From the sequence record SRR33789315_29: DNA of 20,000 nt; one strand, 5' to 3'. Positions within the stretch are counted from its first letter, which is position 1, and the number at the start of each line of letters is the position of its first letter. A model generated the notes under the pieces. It was not told the DNA's origin. It saw nothing but the letters and a program-made list of their open reading frames with translations, and searched no databases. A program made the position numbers and the translations under genes. Positions 17,169-20,000 of the stretch are shown here, in pieces.

Positions 17169-17175
17169 TGCATAT

Positions 17176-17202
17176 AAAAAGGGGGCCCATGGCCCCCTTC
17201 TT
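17176..17202. terminator. Bidirectional Rho-independent terminator
   Basis: AAGGGGGCC-CAT-GGCCCCCTT (17179-17199), preceded by an A-run and followed by T-rich sequence, between convergent genes. Confidence 0.85.
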
Positions 17203-17224
17203 GGTCTTACTTTTTTACTTTAGC

Positions 17225-20000
17225 TTAGAACCCTGGTGCCCAATCAATAGACATCCAGAACTGACGGCCCCAAGGCTGATGTAGACGCGACTCGAAACCG
17301 CCCAGAATCGGCAAGCGCTGTGGCTGTCGATTTGTGAGGTTACGAATACCGCCACTTAGAACGATTTCACTACCGAAGAAGTCATTCATCGCATATGCAT
17401 ACTGCACATTTGTGATTGTCTGAGCCTCGATCGTATCGTCGGCTGGGAACTTCGAGAACAGGTTATTCACCGAGTCATCGAAAATTACACTGCCTTGATA
17501 GGCCATGGTGACGGATGCAGAGTGATTACCCATGAACCAGTTAGTGCGCAATTGCGCCTTCACCTCAGGCAGTGGTGGAACCACACCGCTGTTAGCGTTC
17601 TGATAACCAAGCGCATCTTTCACGCCGCCAAACAGATCTTCATACTCATACTTAGTAAAGTAAGAAGCGCTTAGCGCTGTGGAGAATGTGCCGTAGTTAT
17701 CGGTGCTGAAACGGTACGAGATTTTGCTGTCGAACAGGTCAATCCACACCGTAGAGATGTTGTTCGCCTGGCGAATCACACGCAGCACCGAACCATTTCC
17801 GGCCAGATCTCGAATAACGCCGCTCGCACCTGTGTTGTCTTGTGACGCCAACCAGTTGTTCGCTGCGATGCGAGTTGCCGAACCTTGAGTTGGGTCGTAT
17901 GCAGCCTCACTAGAACCAATCGCCTGCAACATGCGCGTGAATTGCGCATCGACAGTCTCTGGGTTACTCAGTGTACGAATACGATCAGTGTACTCGATTG
18001 TCTGGTAGTCCAAGCTCAAGCTCATGCCGTCAAGTGCACCACCTGGCTCCCAAGTGAAACCAAGGTTTGACATCGTGGATGTCTCTGGCTTTAGATTTGG
18101 GTTTCCAGAGGAGCAACCCGCACCACCCGTTAACTGACCACCAGTGATTTTATCCAAGCCGAAGAAGATTTCAGAACAACCTTCGTTTGGATCGTATGGA
18201 CGTGCTTGAGATGCAGTTGGAGCCAAGAAGCTTTCACCCCATGAACCACGTACTGCCAACTCCGGAGTCACTTCCCAACGTACCGCAACCTTTGGCGTTG
18301 TCGCATCAAGACCGAAGTCCTTGAACTGTTCGTGGCGAACGGCAAGTTGTGCCGCTACATTTTCCAGAATCGGGATATCCAACTCTACGAAACCTGCTAC
18401 GACCTTGTTGAAGTAGGTGTCATCCGAAGGAGGAGTATCGACGATGTTGACGTTGTAGTCCTGGCTCTGCAACTCAAGTGGATTGTTACCGAGGAACTCG
18501 GAACGATCACGCATTTGGAAACCAGTCGCCATTTGCAGAGGACCTGCTGGCAATTGGAAAACCTCACCCGAGACTGTCGCTTCGAAGATATCAAGTTCAT
18601 CCTCGTTAGTCGTGACATTGTCCACGTTCGTGAACAGCCAATCGACTAACTCTTGGCTATTGCGAGTAGTGGCTGCATCGTAATAAGGCGAACGAGGATC
18701 TGCGGAGCCAAAGGGGTTCCAGTATTCGTTCCCGTTTGGTCCACCCTGCCCTAACAACGCCTGCTGCATTTTGCCGATGTGCAATAACTTCTCGTCAGCA
18801 TTGCGACGATCGAACTGACGCGAGTAATAGGTATACCCACTCCATGAGCCCGCTAACTCGAAGTTTGCCTGCACCTTATAGCGCTGCGTGTAGTACATCA
18901 CTGGCTGGAGACGGGCACCGGTGATTTTTTCGAAATGGCTAGGCCAGTGCTCAGGGTCCAACAAAGTGAATGGACGATAGTTATAGGGGACAACATCGAA
19001 GCCATAGGGGTTCGCTGGGTGGTCTGCCTTTACAAGCAAGGCATTTCGGCCATTAGTATTCTGCCCATAAGTGCCTGTGTTGCGGTTTTGCACCTTACGG
19101 AAGCTGTGGTTCATCGTGAACTCAAGATTCAGATTCTCATTCGCTTCCCATGTCACATTGTTGTAGAGATTGTATTCACTGGTCTCGCCCTGCAAATCCC
19201 ACTGCGGCGTGTAATACCAGTAACAGCCCGTGGTGCCTACTGGGTAGCCACTCGGTCCGCTGCGCTGCGCACCCAAAGCTTGCTCTTCAGGCGTCCCAAA
19301 AGTACCGCAGCTTGGATCTACCAGACTTCCACCTGTGATAGTGCCGCCATGGACGCCATTGACGACTGGATTCGCGCCATTGACCTTGCGATATACCCCC
19401 GGATTACCAGATGAAGAATAACCGTAAGCGACTTCTGCCGTGCGCATGCGCTCATAAGTCATCAACGACCCTTTATGGGAACCGTCCAAAGCACCAACAT
19501 AGTTGATACCATTGCTGAAAGACTTACCCCACATTACCGCTGCAGAATAGTCCTCTACCTGTCCTTCTTCGTCACGCTGGTAGTAGGTACGCGCCTTGAT
19601 ACCATCAAACTCTTTGATTGGAATCATGTTCACAACGCCAGCTACTGCGTCTGAACCGTAAAGAGCTGAACCACCATCCAAAACCACTTCAAGACGGTTG
19701 AGAGCGATGTCTGGGAACATTGTACCGACGACACTATTAATAGTCCGTACGCCGTCTGCAAGGACGAGTGTAGAGTTCTCACCAAGCCCGCGCAGGTTGA
19801 AGGTTGCCCCTGTGGAGTCCTGACCACCATCTTGGCCGGCATTCACGTTGGCAACTGTATCGGTGTTTTGAGTGAAGGTCAGGTCACGAATGTACTGACC
19901 AATGGAAGGTGCACCAGACTCGAAAAGGTCTTCCTGAGTCACGGTGGCCACGTTAGCTTCCTGAGCGAAAGCACTATTGCGGATATAGGATCCAGTCACC
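17225..20000 (-). CDS. TonB-dependent receptor (5' end with signal peptide outside window)
   Basis: Begins at VTGSYIR, just after the TonB box; plug motifs FNLRGLGENSTLVLADGVR and RLEVVLDGGSALYGSDAVAGVVN; RGSWGESFLAP, GNPNLKPETS, GIRNL; terminal Phe. Confidence 0.93.
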   Translation of the reverse strand, partial: VTGSYIRNSAFAQEANVATVTQEDLFESGAPSIGQYIRDLTFTQNTDTVANVNAGQDGGQDSTGATFNLRGLGENSTLVLADGVRTINSVVGTMFPDIALNRLEVVLDGGSALYGSDAVAGVVNMIPIKEFDGIKARTYYQRDEEGQVEDYSAAVMWGKSFSNGINYVGALDGSHKGSLMTYERMRTAEVAYGYSSSGNPGVYRKVNGANPVVNGVHGGTITGGSLVDPSCGTFGTPEEQALGAQRSGPSGYPVGTTGCYWYYTPQWDLQGETSEYNLYNNVTWEANENLNLEFTMNHSFRKVQNRNTGTYGQNTNGRNALLVKADHPANPYGFDVVPYNYRPFTLLDPEHWPSHFEKITGARLQPVMYYTQRYKVQANFELAGSWSGYTYYSRQFDRRNADEKLLHIGKMQQALLGQGGPNGNEYWNPFGSADPRSPYYDAATTRNSQELVDWLFTNVDNVTTNEDELDIFEATVSGEVFQLPAGPLQMATGFQMRDRSEFLGNNPLELQSQDYNVNIVDTPPSDDTYFNKVVAGFVELDIPILENVAAQLAVRHEQFKDFGLDATTPKVAVRWEVTPELAVRGSWGESFLAPTASQARPYDPNEGCSEIFFGLDKITGGQLTGGAGCSSGNPNLKPETSTMSNLGFTWEPGGALDGMSLSLDYQTIEYTDRIRTLSNPETVDAQFTRMLQAIGSSEAAYDPTQGSATRIAANNWLASQDNTGASGVIRDLAGNGSVLRVIRQANNISTVWIDLFDSKISYRFSTDNYGTFSTALSASYFTKYEYEDLFGGVKDALGYQNANSGVVPPLPEVKAQLRTNWFMGNHSASVTMAYQGSVIFDDSVNNLFSKFPADDTIEAQTITNVQYAYAMNDFFGSEIVLSGGIRNLTNRQPQRLPILGGFESRLHQPWGRQFWMSIDWAPGF

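Noticed and set aside
1..20000. CRISPR arrays, tRNA/rRNA, IS/integrase, toxin-antitoxin or defence genes, Fur box
   Set aside because: I saw no spaced repeats, RNA-gene signatures or such protein motifs; the piuA promoter, where a Fur box would be expected, is outside the window.

Overview
A gene-dense, roughly 50% GC (judged by eye) bacterial window, most likely from a Gram-negative proteobacterium; a marine gammaproteobacterium is my inference from the TonB-receptor styles. Cell-envelope genes dominate: the 3' end of a Fiu/PiuA-type TonB-dependent receptor plus piuC/ybiX; a PAL-like NHL beta-propeller lipoprotein; an Omp85/TamA-like barrel; a DUF305 (ferritin-like) + LVIVD-repeat fusion; a pqiA-pqiA-pqiB-pqiC MCE operon; an Oar-like TonB receptor; a Sua5-type t6A enzyme; a DUF1295 + SAM-methyltransferase pair; and a third, 5'-truncated TonB receptor. 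Hairpins lie between all four convergent gene pairs. I found no mobile elements, CRISPR arrays, RNA genes or defence systems, and no clear-cut new system. The best leads are a canonical EF-hand loop inside the Oar-like receptor, a palindrome-rich upstream region for that receptor, active-site substitutions in the PAL-like lipoprotein, the metal-ligand-rich DUF305-LVIVD fusion, and the possible lipid/sterol-modifying gene pair. All motif comparisons are from memory, not database searches.
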